A DNA stretch of 64,000 nucleotides from the human T2T-CHM13v2.0 reference genome, Homo sapiens (GCF_009914755.1 NC_060940.1), one strand, 5' to 3'. Shown: positions 46,263-62,927, numbered from the stretch's first letter. Numbers and translations: made by a program. The notes: generated from the sequence alone by a model not told the origin.

Positions 46263-47264
46263 TTAATTAGCTCAGTGTGGGGGTGAGTGCCTGTAGTCCC
46301 AGCTACTCAGGAGGCTGAGGCGCGAGGCTCACTTGAGCCCTGGAGACGGACGTTGCAGTGAGCCGAGATTGTACCACGGCTCTCCAGCCTGGGTGACAGA
46401 GAGAGATCCTGTCTCAAAAATAATAATAATATAACAGGTTTTTACTGGAAGGTGTGTTTAATAACTTAAAATCTTCATCATTATAGTGATTACTTCCTGT
46501 GGCATTTTCTTTATTGAATATTAACATAAGTACACACTGTGAGACTCTGCTAGAGGGCCTTGTTCCTTATGCCTTGGACATACAGTGGGGGGCAGGGGCA
46601 AAGCCCCTACTCCTACTCTCCTAAGTTTGAATTTCCTTTGCCTCCTCAATTAACCCATCTGATTTATTGGGACATCACTGATCTCAGATACAAGAAAACT
46701 GATACTGTTGTGGAAGAAAAGCAAATCGTGACGAGAAAATGGCTCTGTTATCACAGGTCTGCACGTTTACATAACAGAAAAAGCAAGGGACAGAATTATA
46801 TTTGGACCAAATCCAAATCATTGAGTGATTCTACTAAATGATGATCGCATACTACATTTTGTTTTTGTTTTTTCACATACATTTTAAAGTGAGAGATATT
46901 ATTTTAAATTTTAGAGGGTGAGCATCAAATAACATTGTGGTTTCTGTAATCAGTATAAATTACGCAAGAATCAGTTTAAATGGGATCATTCACAACTGCT
47001 CACATAGCTCTTGAGTTTATATTAACAATGTAGAATTTAACGCAGGATAGTCTATTCCTCAAAGAAACAGGAATAATGAACACAATTAAATGTTTCACTT
47101 TGACCCAGACTATTTTTCAGAACATAAAGTCATCAACATTCATATTACAGCAATGCTTTTTCTTTTCTGCCCAATTAGCACCAATATAAATCGTTCATTC
47201 CATCTAAGGCCCTGTATTACTTCAGGGAATATAAATCTAAGTCCCGGCCAGATGCAGTGGCTTA

Positions 47265-47600
<336 letters not shown>

Positions 47601-47990
47601 CTAAGGCAGAAACCTCCAGCCCACATGTTCTGAATTCTTAAAAGATCACTACAATTTTTGTGAATGCTCCAATATTAAACACACTGGAATTTCAGTCCCT
47701 CTTGAGATCTTCATTGAAAGAGTTTAAGATCTTTTATCATCAATTAACACTTAGGGAGCAACCACTGTAACCTACTGATCAAATGCCAGAAAAGTAATAT
47801 TTAAAGCAGGATTCTGACCCACCCTGCAGATTTTCCTATAAAGGCTAATTATTCCTGGAGGAAAGATCACCCCAGTTCTTCAGGATTCCAATTACAATCA
47901 CATGAAGCCCACCCACCTTCTTAGGAAATTGATAACACCACTTTGCATCATTTTGTACTCAACTGCTGGTGTTATAAACATGATCTTGAC

Positions 47991-48210
47991 CAGGATTTCT
48001 CAGCCCCAACACTGCTGACATTTTGGGCCAGAGAATTCTCCAGCGTGGGGGGCTGTCCTGTGCAACGTAGGATGTTTAGAGGCGTCCCTGGCCTCTACCC
48101 ACTAGGTACCGGCAGCACCTCCCTGCCCCCATTGTGACAATCAAAAATATGTCCAGAGATAGCCAAATGTCCCCTGGGGAAATAAATTGCCCCCTGCTTT
48201 AAGAACCACT
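47991..48210 (-). mobile_element. MER20 (hAT-Charlie)
   Basis: GGGGGCTGTCCTGTGCA..GTAGGATGTTTAG..TCCCTGGCCTCTACCCACTAG is the MER20 reverse complement. Confidence 0.8.
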
Positions 48211-48963
48211 CATCTGGACAAACTCAAAGTACCAAAAGGTAGACACCCTGCTAATCAGACGACCGGGAAGACTTTATTCCCAGCCAGGAAAATACGTAAC
48301 ATTCACCCCAGAGATGGCACAAGAAAACCATATTATCTTTTTCTTGTCTTCCACCCAATTTATGCTAAGCAACCCAGGAGCAGGCTATACCACTGTGAGC
48401 ACATGAAGACATCTGGCCCAACCTTTACAATTATTGCCTTCAACTCTCCAGTGACAAGTGAACAAAATCTACAGCAGCTGCTGCCTTGAAAAAAGACAAA
48501 ATATATTATTCCTACCAGCTCAAAATTAAAATGTAGCCGTCTTAAAACACGAGCATTGCTCCTGAATGCCACATGCATGAAAAACCGGGTATGCACTGGA
48601 TTGGACAAGCAGACTCCCAAGCTGGAACAGAGAGAAGGGCTTTGAGGGAGGGCAGAATGTCAGGTACCGAAAGCAGGAATCCGTGAAGAAACCCAAACCG
48701 GTTTCCATTTACAAGCCCTAACACTGGGACAATGAGAATCCGTTTCACATGGTAGAGCAGTCAGCCAGGTACACCACGCTGCTGTTCCCCCAAGGGGAAA
48801 CCAGAGGTAGGCTCTGTTACCAGTGGATTTCGAGTTGACTCGGGGATCCCTCCTCGCCACCGGAATGGGGGAACCAGGAAGTTGTGGAGCAGCTGCGATC
48901 CCCGAAACTCAATTCGCAATCTACGCAACACCCACCCCTTTCTGGAACTCAGAGGTTCTCGCC

Positions 48964-49143
48964 CAGTGATCGCAGGCTCAGCATCAGAATCACCTGCGTG
49001 GGGCGGAGTGGGAGGGGGGCGGTGGCTGTTAAACACGCAGTTCCCGGTCCCGCCCCCAGAGGTTCTGACCCCGGGACTGAATCTCCGCATTTTACCAAAG
49101 GCCCCAGGTGATTCCCACTCAGGCTGAAGTTGGAAAACCACTG
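48964..49143 (+). mobile_element. MER5-like hAT MITE inside the CpG island
   Basis: GCATCAGAATCACCTG...CCCAGGTGATTC...AAGTTGGAAAACCACTG termini. Confidence 0.65.
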
Positions 49144-49600
49144 CTTTAGCAATTTTCATTCCTAACTCGGAGACCAAGAAAAACCCACAGGTTTGCAGCT
49201 GGCTCTGAAATAACTGCGGCTTCTTTCCGGGAGCATCTGGGGCCGCCAACGGAGAGCTCCCGGTCCTCCGAAAGGGCCAGCCGAGCTCAGGCCGGCCACT
49301 CGCGGAACCTCGGCAGGGCCCAAGGTCGGCCCCGCGGTCCCAGTCCTGGGCTCCGGGCCCCTCGCGGCCCCCACGGAACCCCGCCCAGCCTCTTCGGCCC
49401 ACGGGGACCCAAGAGACACCCGGCCCCGTGACGCGCCCGGGCCCCAGCCGCCCTCCCGGCGAGGCCTCCTCAGGCGGGGCCTGTCAGCCCGCGTCCCCCT
49501 GTCCGGGTCACAATGGCAGCTCGCGACTGGGAAACAGTTGCCTCGGAAGCGGGAGCCCCGGGCCGCAGCACCGTCCCCATCGCCCCCTCCCGGCACGCAC

Positions 49601-49810
49601 CTTCTCCAGGGACGCGTCCATGGCTGAGGCGGCCGGTGGTGGCCCGGCGGTCCCGGGCTCTACTTCCTCCTCCCGCGCCCCGCAGCTCTTTCCACGCTGG
49701 CAGCGCTGACGTCCCCCGCGCCCGCGGCCAGCGGGGCGGAGAAGAGGAGGAGCTGCCAGGCGGCGCCGCCGGCTGCCGAACCTGATGGTTGAGGGGCGGC
49801 GGGGCGGCGG
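49601..49810 (-). pseudogene. PDXDC2P: Exon 1 (GC-rich 5'UTR plus ATG at 49621-49619, MDASLEK); 5' end approximate
   Basis: Minus strand reads gcctcagccATGGACGCGTCCCTGGAGAAG|gtgcgt; strong Kozak context (GCCATGG). Confidence 0.92.
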
Positions 49811-50026
49811 GGCGGGGCCCTGTAATGGTGGGCGGAGCCCTCTGGGATTCCGTACCTGGGCGCCACGCCGGCCCTCCCTAACGTGCGCAGGTGAAGGGGG
49901 GAGGATGCCCGGTGGATTGTTCACCAAACTCTTTCCAGCAGCCTGTTGCAATCATCTAGGTAGAAGTATAATAATCACAAAGTACTATTCATGGAGTGAA
50001 AGGCTGGAAATACTAGTGACGCACCT

Positions 50027-50035
50027 CACTTCCGG
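50027..50035 (-). promoter_or_regulatory. ETS/GABPA-type site (CCGGAAGTG) next to a half-CRE (GTGACG, 50016-50021)
   Basis: CACTTCCGG on the + strand. Confidence 0.6.
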
Positions 50036-50132
50036 GCCCAGGCTTCCAAGTCTCCCGCCTCACCTCCCGCCGGCATCCCTCGAGAATGGAACAGGCCATT
50101 CGCCAAGGAGGCGGTGAGCGAGAGAGCAACCT

Positions 50133-50144
50133 TGCGCATGCGCA
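50133..50144. promoter_or_regulatory. NRF1 consensus site (TGCGCATGCGCA, perfect palindrome)
   Basis: Exact consensus within the CpG island. Confidence 0.75.
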
Positions 50145-51942
50145 GGACTCGCAGCGTCCTCGGCGCCCGGGGACTTGGGGGTTTTGGGGTTGGGGGCTGC
50201 TTAGTGAACGCTGTTCAGAGAAGGCACTGATCTAAGCTGAGGTGTTGTCTCAGACCCTACCGCCGAATTCTAGACGGAAAAAATTGTTGAAACAACTGGT
50301 CCAGCCTCTTGCATGTCACAATTATGACTTGTCAGGTAATGGGTAGTAGTAATAATGATAATATTAATACATCAGCTGCTGTTCTTCCATTTTCCTATTT
50401 CAGCAGCTCTAGGAGATCATTATCCCCATTTCGCAGTGCCGATCTAGGTAGGATTCAGACCCAAGCCCCATGAGTCCACATACTGCTTCCACTCTTACGT
50501 TACTTTAAATGTTTTAAAAAGTTAATTTTTTATTAATTTTTTTATCTTGTTAACCGATGAACTGAAGAGAAAAAAAATTAAAATCTCATTTTAATAGAGA
50601 AGGTGGGGGTGTCTCACTATGTTACCCAAGCTGGCTTCAAACTCCTGGCCTCAGGCGATCTTCCCGTCTCAGCTTCCCCAAGTGCTGGGATTACAGGCGT
50701 GAGCTACCACGCCCGGCCACTTTTGCAATTTTACTGCAATGTGTTTCGAACGAATGGGGAGGGCGTACATTTGCTTAGTAGATTCCTCCCACCTTAATGT
50801 GGGAAACTGATGTAGACTACCACAGTGGCAATCAATGGAACACTTCACCTCTGCGAGGACGCTGCAACCACAATCTTACTCCTTTTCTCTCCTGTTTTAT
50901 ACTCTTCGTCCCGAAATCTGTGTAAACAGGGTCACATTTTCAGCGCAGTAACTCCATGTTTTGAGCTATCTACGTTGTATTTGGTAAATTGCCTGGTTAT
51001 GTTAATAAAATTATTTTCTACCAAAAAACCCTTGTGTGCTGGTTTAGACTGTACTGTGGGAATTATTCTGACTCTCTAAAGAGCTTTCCAAACAGAAGGA
51101 ATGATAGATTTATGTCTTTCAAGAATTGAAGATTGAATGTACCCCTGCTTGAGCAAAACAAGTCACTTTTCCAACGTGTTTTGAAATTTTTCAAAGGTAG
51201 AAAAGTTTAAACAATTGTACAGTGAACAACCATATACCCACTACCTAGATTCTACAGTTAATTTTCCCTATATTTGCTTTAATCACATATGCATCCATAT
51301 ATCCATCCATCGATATATGTTAGTACATTTCACCTCTGAGCACCTCAGCATGGGTATCATTCAAAACTAGTACATTTTACTAAAGTCACCTCCAAGTTTC
51401 TGTGGATTACATTACAAAGTATAATAGATTCTACAAAACAAATACTAGAGAGAAAAGTTAACTTTACTGTTTTAAAAGTAGTCTTTGAAAACCCAACATG
51501 AAAAAGTGGAAATAATCAACCGTATTATTTATTATATTTAGCCAAACATTTATTGACTGCCATCTCGGACAGTTGTGCTGGAAATAGTATGTAAAAGAAT
51601 AAGAGGCTGGTTCAAGACCAGCCTGGCCAACGTAGTGAAACTCCGTCTCTACTAAAAATACAAAAAATTAGCTGGGCGTGGTGGCAAACACCTGTAATCC
51701 CAGCTACCTGGGAGGCTGAGGCAGGGGAATCACTTGAACCCCCGGGGGCAGAGGTTGCAGTGAGCCGAGATTGCGCCACTGCACTCCAGCCTGGGCAATA
51801 AGGCGAGACTCCATCTCAAAAAACAATAAAAATACAAATAAGAGGCTGGGCTGGGCGCGGTGGCTCACGCCTGTAATCCCAGCACTTTGGGAGGCCGAGG
51901 CGGGCGGATCACGAGGTCAGGAGATCGAGACCATCCTGGCTA

Positions 51943-53008
<1,066 letters not shown>

Positions 53009-53146
53009 TAGAGGCGTGCGCCATCGCACACACTGTATTTTTAGTAGAGACAGGGTTTTACCATGTTGGCCAGGCTGGTCTCAAACTCCCAACCTCAAGT
53101 GATCCTCCTGCCTCGGCCTCCCAAAGTGTTTAGATTTCAGGCCTGA

Positions 53147-53296
<150 letters not shown>

Positions 53297-54710
53297 TGAG
53301 TAGCTGGGATTACAGGTGCGTGCCACCAAGCCTGGCTAATTTTTGTGTTTTTAGTAGAGACGGGGTTTCACTAGTTGGACAGGCTAGTCTCCAACTCCTG
53401 ACCTCAGGTGATCCACCCACCTCGGCCTCCCAAAGTGCTGGGATTACAGGCGTGAGACACCAGGCCCAGCCTCAACTGTAGACTTTTAACTCAAAGGTAC
53501 AAAAATTGGATTATGTCTGGGCCAGTTTTTTCCCTTGTCGATAGTATAGCCCATTGGTTAGAGTTCAGACTGCGGCTACAAGTAGAACTGGATTCTTTCT
53601 TTTTTTTTTTTTTTAAGCTGTATAAGTGAAAACTACTTGGGCAAGTTACTTAACCTCTTGGTATATTAGTTTCCTCATCTGTAAAATTCTGGTTATGCTT
53701 GCCTTTTAGTGTTTGTTAAACATTCTTATGATCAAAAAACAAGCAAATAAAAACTCCTTATCTTCATCCACATCCCCTTCTGGTTACACCTAATGGTCTC
53801 AATTTTCTCATCACACAAGCACCACCAACTCATCTCAATCTAGCTTCGGCTTTGTTCCCTCCACCCAAACCAGTGTCACTAAAACCATCTCAGTCCATCA
53901 CACCTGACCTCTCAGCAGCCCTAGAACCAGATGATCACTTTCTTCTTGAAACTGACTTTCCATGCTTCCCACAATATCAAATTCTCCGGATCGTCACCTT
54001 CCCTTTCTGCCTGTTCCTTCTCAATGTCTTTTGGAGTTTCTTCCTTCTCCACCCAATGTTTAATTGTTGGATTTCCTCAGCACTCAGCTGGCAAGCCTTT
54101 TTTTTTTTTTTTTTGAGACAGAGTCTCGCTCTGTTGCCCATGCTGGAGGGCAGTGGTGTATCTTGACTCACTGCAACCTCCACCTCCCAGGTTCAAGCGA
54201 TTTTCCTGCCTCAGACTCCCGAGTAGCTGGGATTACAGGCACGTGCCACCATGCCCAGCTAATTTTTGTATTTTTAGTAGAGACGGGGTTTCATCATATC
54301 GGTCAGGCTGGTCTGGAACTCCTGACCTTAGGTGATCTACCCACCTCAGCCTCCCAAAGTGCTGGGATTACAGGCGTGAGCCACTGTGCCCGGCCTGGAA
54401 AGTCCTTTTGATTTCTTCTTCTACATAATTTCATCCTCCATTATTTCAATTAACATCTATATCAAACTGAGAGTACTTCATCAGTGGGTTGTGATATCAA
54501 CCATTGGGTCATGAGTGGCAATTTTTTAAAAAATGAAATAGGATGCAAAACATCAGAGCACATCACGTGGATTAAGGATAATTGGGCAGTAACCCAAATG
54601 TCCATCAACAGACAAACAGATAAACAACTTGTGGCCTATCCCTACAATGGAATGGAGTACTGTACTGCAAGTAAAGGGAGTACATTATTGATCCATGGGA
54701 CACCACAGAT

Positions 54711-55054
54711 TAGGAGTTGGCAGACTTTTTCTGTAAAGGGCCTGGTTGTAAATATTTCAGGCTTTGCAAGCTGTAGTTTAGGTTCTTGCGATCTCGGTCT
54801 CAAGTATTTGATTCTGTAGCATGGAAACAGCCATAGACGGTATGTAAACAACTGAGCGTCGCTGTGTTCCAATAAAGCTTTATTTATAGACATTGAATTT
54901 TGGATTTCATTTAATTTACATGTGTCACAAAATATTCTTCTTTGAGTTTTTTTTCAATCACTTAAAAGTATAAAGTCATACTGAGCTCTTAGGCCTTTGC
55001 ATAATCAGGTAGTGGGCCAGATTTGGCCCACAGGCCCTAGTTTGCTGGTCCCTG
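54711..55054 (+). mobile_element. MER58B-like hAT MITE inserted in an old L1M 3' fragment (about 54590-55665)
   Basis: GGCAGACTTTTTCTGTAAAGGGCC...GCTGTGTTCCAATAAAGCTTTATTTAT...GGGCCAGATTTGGCCCACAGGCC. Confidence 0.8.
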
Positions 55055-55660
55055 TCATAGATGAATCTTAAAAACATTATGCCGAGTGAAAGAAGCCAGA
55101 TACATGGCCTGGAGCCTGTAATCCCAGTACTTTGGGAGGCCGAGGTGTGAGGTTCGCTTGAGCCCAGGAATTTGAGGCCAGCCTAGGCAACATAGAGAGA
55201 CCCAGTCTCTACCAAAAAAAAAAAAAATTAGCTGGGAATGGAGGATTTCTCAAGCCTGGGAGGTTGAGGCTGCAGTGAGCTGTGATTGCACCACTGCACT
55301 CTAGCCTGGGTGACACAGCAAGACCCTGTCTCCAAGGAAATAAAAAAGCCAGATACAAGTGAATACCTATTTCATATGTATACTGTATATATGCTCTATG
55401 GTTTCATTTATATGGAATTCTAGAAAATGCAAACTATAATGACAGAAAGCCTGGGGCTGAGATGGAGGGGGAATTGACTGCCAAGGGGTGCTGGGGAATT
55501 TTTGGAAATGACAGAAGAGCTCTGTATTTTAATCGTGGTGGTTACACAGATATATACATTTGTCAAAACCTGTTGAACTGTACATGTAATACGGGTGAAT
55601 TTTATTATATTATGTAAAACGTGAAAATCTATTATGTAAAACATACTTCAACAAAGTTGA

Positions 55661-55988
<328 letters not shown>

Positions 55989-56503
55989 TGAGCCACCATG
56001 CCTAGCCAAAAATTTCTTAAAAAAAAAGAAAAAAGAAAAAAAATCAGAGCATCTTCTATGGTAGTAAGGGTACTCATTGCTTCTGAAACTTCTGCCTCAG
56101 TTGTACACATTTATAGCTGTGCCTTGATTGCACTGAACTCCTCTTCCACCCTAAACCAGGGATTCTCACACTCCACATCCCATAAAAGCTCCCCATCATC
56201 CACCCAGCTGTTCACGCCAGGAACCAGGGTGTCTTCCTCTCTCTCACACTTTCCCTTCCCTAACCCCTTCCAATCAGTGTTGCCACTTCCACCTCCTAAA
56301 TATCTCTCAAAGCTGTCTGCATCTCTATTTCCGTTGCTACCGCCTTGACTACTGCCATATCTAAGCAGTCTCTGTAGCCAAACCATTCTCAATACAGAAA
56401 CCAGAGTCATCTGTTAAATGTAGAAATCAGATCATCTGCTTACAGGCCTTCAGCTATCCATGGAATAAAGCGAGCATCCTTCACTTGGCCCATGAGTATA
56501 TAA

Positions 56504-56920
<417 letters not shown>

Positions 56921-57223
56921 TGACAAGCCGTTTTCTTCGATGAGACTGTTCTTTTTTCCCCTTCCCTTTTGTCTTGTGTAACTTCTAATCCCTTTGGTAG
57001 AAGTGTAAATATCATTTTCTCAGGGAAATCTCATGAGTGCTTATAGGCACCTGTCTTTCTCCTTTATGTACTTGGCACAATCACAATTAATTAGTTGCTT
57101 AATGTCTACCTCCCTTGATAGATTATCAATGCCATATCTGCAGGGACAGAATCTGTCTTTAATATTATTGTGTCCCCAAGTGACTGCAAATAAGCTCTCA
57201 AAAAATAGTCATAGAATTAATGA

Positions 57224-57511
<288 letters not shown>

Positions 57512-59154
57512 TGACCATGTTGGCCAGGCTGGTCTTGAACTTGTGACCTCAGGTGATCTGCCCGCCTCAGCCTCTGAAAGCTCTGGGATTACAGGTGTGA
57601 GCCACCATGCCCGGCCGAGAATCATATTTTAAAGACACTACATGGAGGCAGAGGTATTTACCTCCCAAGTCTAGCTAATCCAGTGCCTAGGATGCAGTGG
57701 GAGTTCAATAAATAATTACTAAATACATGAATTCAACAAATATTTTCTGAAGGTGCATTATATACCACACAGTATTTTAGAAATTGGAGATACAATAATC
57801 ATTAAAAGAGATTAAGTCTTTGCCTTTTGTGGATTATTTTTTTTTTTTAACTTGAGGTAGGTCTCACTTTGTCCTCCAGGCTGGAATGCAGTGGCATGAT
57901 CCTGGCTCACTGCAGCCTCAACCTTCAGTGTTCAAGTGATCCTTCTACCTCAGCCTCCCAAACTGCTGGGACTACAGGAATGCACCACCACGCCCAGCTA
58001 ATTTTTTAATTTTTGAAGAGGTGGGGTCTCCCTATGTTGCTCTGGCTGGTCTTTGAGCACCTGGGTTCAAGTGATCCTCCTGCCCTGGCCTCCCAAAGTG
58101 CTGGGATTACAGGCGTGAGCCATTGTGCCTGGCTATTTTTGTGGATCTTATATCCTATTGTAACAGAGAGATAAGTAGCTATATAATGTATGTTAATTAC
58201 TTGTAAATACCATAAGAAAAATAAAGCAAAATAAAAGAGAGTAAATTATGCATGAATCCATCCCTTGGTCGTCAATTTGAAATCTCTGCTCTGAAACATC
58301 GAAAATGTTTTAGAGAATGTTTGCTCAGTGATAACTAGCTAGATATAGAAGAAAGCAACACCAGCCACTACCATCAATGATTTGTTGATTTATTATTAAT
58401 TTTCAAGACCTTGAGGAAAGTATTCCCATTGACAATTTTTCTGGTACTCAAAGGACCTTTTTGTTTTTGTTTTTGTTTTTGTTTTTTTGAGCTAGGCTCT
58501 CACTCCTGTCTCTCACGCTGGAGTGCAGTGGTGTTTCAGCTAACTGCAACCTCTGCCTCATGGGCTCAAGCCATCCTCCCACCTCAGCCTCCACAGTGGC
58601 TAGGACACAACCACCCCTGGCTAATTTTTGTATTTTTGGTAGAGATGGGGTTTCACCATGTTGTCCAGGCTGGTCTCAAACTCCTGAGCTCAAGCATCCG
58701 TTCACCTTGGCCTCCCAAAGTGCTGGGATTACAGGCATAAGCCACCACACCTGGCTGAAAATAAGAATTTTTATTAGCATTTTAAACTATAATTGATGTT
58801 TAATTTGTTTCAGATTTATTTACATTTCATGAAAGTGAACAGGCTTCTCTAAAACTGTGTGCCCAGAAGGCAAATGGGCAAAGACATTAACAGACAATAT
58901 AAAAAGGAAAAACATGCAAATAGTCAACATGACAAAAAGTTCAACATTACTAGTAACCAAAAAAATGCAGAAATGGATCAAATAGCATTTTTGCCTATAA
59001 TTAGCAAAGTTTTTTAAAAAAATAATAACATCCGGCTGGGCATGGTGGCTCACACCTGTACTCCCAGCACATTGGGAAGCCGAGGCAGGCGGATCACGTG
59101 AGGTCAGGGGTTCGAGACCAGCCTGACCAACATAGTGAAACCCCATCTCTACTA

Positions 59155-59418
<264 letters not shown>

Positions 59419-62079
59419 TTAGTGTAGATGGAAGTAAGTATTCTCGGCCGGGCCCGGTGACTCATGCCTTATTATATCTTATTGTAATGGATTTTTCCTG
59501 TAGGACTATTTTACTTTGTTATAGTAAGAGTAAGAGGGACATTTTGTGATTTAGGAATTTGTAATTAACTGTTAACTGTAATATAAAGTAGGTGATTTAT
59601 TCTTACCAGTGGCTCATGCCTGTAATCCCAGCACTTTGAGAGGCTAAGGTGGGAGCATTGCTTGAGCCCAGGAGTTGGAGACTAGCTCAGGCAACATAGT
59701 GAGACCCTTCTCTACAAAAAAATTAAAAATTGGCCTCGTGCGATGGCATGTGCCTGTAGTCCCAGGGATTCAGGAGGCTGAGGCGGGAGGATTGCGTGAG
59801 CCCAGAAGAGTGAGGCTGCAGCGAGCCGTGATCGTGCCACTGCACTTCAGCCTGGGTGATACAGCGAGACCAAGACCCTGTCTCAAAAGAAAAAAAAAAA
59901 AAAGATGAATTATCACCAGCTATGATTGTCTTTGTGTGACTTAGTGACTTGATTTTTCCACAGAAATCTTTTAAATCTTAGGCTAATTGTTCCTGAAATC
60001 CAGCATGTTTCTTTTCTTTCTTTCCTTTTTCTTCTTTTCTTTAGAGACAGGGATCTCTCTCTGTTGCCCAGGCTGGAGCACAATGGAGGAGTCACAGCTC
60101 ACTGTAGCCTTGAACTCCTGGCTTAAGTGATCCTCCTGCCCCAGCCTCCCAAGCAGCTAGGACTACAGGCACACACCACCACACCTGGCCAATCTTTTAA
60201 TTTTTTTTTGTAGAGATGAGGTCTCTCTGTGTTGCCCAGGCTGGTCTTGAACTCCTGGGCTCAAGCAGTCGTCTTGCCTCAGCCTCCCAAAATGCTGGGA
60301 TTATAGGTGTGAGCCACCGCACCCAGCCTGGAATCCCATTTTAAATGTACTGATGGAGTTGACAATGTCAAGGAAACTTGCGTTAATTTTTAAATTTTGT
60401 TTTTTGTATAGTGGATCCTTTCACAACATGAATAATTGCCCAATTTTATGTTTTGTCAATCTAGGACAGACCACTAGATAAGACAAGATTATAATTTGGG
60501 GAGTTGGCTTTCTTGATCAGTTTTCAGTGAAGGAAAAGTTACAATTTGTAAACTTATTTTTAACACCACCATAGTGATCATTTGATCAGTTTGTGAGAAT
60601 GGCCCATCTGGTGGGTATCTCCAAGCACAGTTACAACTGTTTTTTCTTTTTTCCCGTTTTATCACAAAGTCTTATAAACTGAAGGCAATTATATGTTTTT
60701 ATTGTTTATTTATTTTAGACACAGGGTTTTGCTCAGTCGCTCAGGCTGGAGGGCAGTGGTGAGATTATAGCTCATTGCAGCCTCAAACTCCTGGGTTCTG
60801 GCAATCCTCACACCTCAGTCTCCTAAAGCACTGGGACTATACGTGCATGCCGCCATGTTTGGCTGCAGTTACATCTTTTTATGTTAGTGTGTGATCTTTA
60901 TTTGGGCATCTGTCAGTAGGTCCACTGTTGAACAGAGAACTAGTTAAAGTGACAAACAATGATGTCATTTGCTTTGCAAGTTGAGGAAATGAATATTAAT
61001 TAGATATATCCACCAAAATGTAATTTTATTCATGCACTTTACCAAAGTTCCTTCCTATACAATAGTTCTTTTCTTGGCTGTTCATTTTCATCGTGATTTA
61101 ATGAAGTCCCATCTGCTCAATTTAAGTGACCATCTTACATTTAGCCAGAATATACTGAGAAAAGTGCTGGAATCCCTCTCATTTTTTTATTTTTCTTTTT
61201 TGAGATGGAGTCTTTTTCTGTCACCCAGGCTGGAGTGCAGTGGTGCAATCTGCTCACTGCAACCTCTGCTTCCTGGGATGAAGTGATTGTCCTGCCTCAG
61301 CCTCCCGAGTACCTGGGGTTACAGGCGCCCACCACCGCGCCTAGCTAATTTTTGTATTTTTAGTAGAGATGGGGTTTCACTATGTTGACCAGGCTGGTCT
61401 GGATCTCCTGACTTCAAGTGATCCGTCCGCCTCGGCCCCCCAAAGTTCTGAGATTACAGGCGTGAGTCACGGCGCCTGGCTCTCCTCCCATTTATTGAGG
61501 AAATCCTGTCTTAAATCATTTTGTAACAAAGTAGGGTTTAAATAAATAATTCTGAGGAATTGTACACATTGTATTTTTTTTTCCTGACTGATTTTGTGCG
61601 AAAGGTAATTCCCTAGTTATCTCCCATAGATGACTATATGTTGTGTTGTACTTGGTTCTTAAATACTCAGTCACTGAGATTTACTTAGGCCATGGTTGAG
61701 AATGTTGAAAGCTTACGCTTTGGTTGAGAATTTTAAATGATCTCATAAATCTAGATTGACAAATTGTATTTTTGTATATGTGAGTTGTGCTATTGTCAGA
61801 TAGCTACTTCTATTAAAGAGCTGATTACCAAGTTATGGAGTTTGGATATGCAGTGAAAATTCAGCTTTTAGAAGCCACAAGAAGACCAAAATGATAGCAG
61901 AATACAATAACTGAAGTTGCAACTGCTATGAAGTCTATACTATTTTAAAGAATGTTCCATGGCCTGGCGCGGTGGCTCAAGCCTGTAATCCCAGCACTTT
62001 GGGAGGCCGAGGCGGGTGGATCACGAGGTCAGGAGATCGAGACCATCCTGGCTAACACGGTGAAACCCCGTCTCTACTA

Positions 62080-62310
<231 letters not shown>

Positions 62311-62518
62311 CTAATATGTACTGTTAAGCTAGAATCTGTCAGAATAGTTGAATTTTGAAGAAAATAGTAGCCGAGCATGGTGGTGGGCACCCATGATTCC
62401 AGCTCCTTGGGAGGTTAAAGCAGAAGCATCACTTGACCCCAGGAATTCAAGACCAGCATGGGCAACATAGCGAGACCCTGTCTTTAAAAACTTTTTTTTT
62501 TTTTTGAGACAGAGTTAG

Positions 62519-62725
<207 letters not shown>

Positions 62726-62927
62726 TGATCTGCTCGCCTCTGCCTCCCAAAGTGCAGGGATTACAAGCGTGAGCCACTGCGCCTGGCCAAAAACAAGTTT
62801 TTTTAAAAAAAAGTAAAATAAGGGCCTGTGACACAACTGAACTTCAATATAAATTGTTTCCAAAACTAGGGAAGACATTCAGAATCAAACCACAGGTTAA
62901 ACACCGGCTTAAGCAGAAGGACCTGCA

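Larger units (their letters stand above)
48770..50180. promoter_or_regulatory. CpG-island promoter of the PDXDC copy (TATA-less, GC boxes)
   Basis: Abrupt rise in GC and CpG around exon 1; tandem GGGGCGG boxes at 49793-49817. Confidence 0.9.

Noticed and set aside
48761-50117. Long ORFs (213, 144, 147, 110 aa) around exon 1
   Set aside because: Stop-poor GC-rich CpG island; only MDASLEK is supported by homology and splicing.
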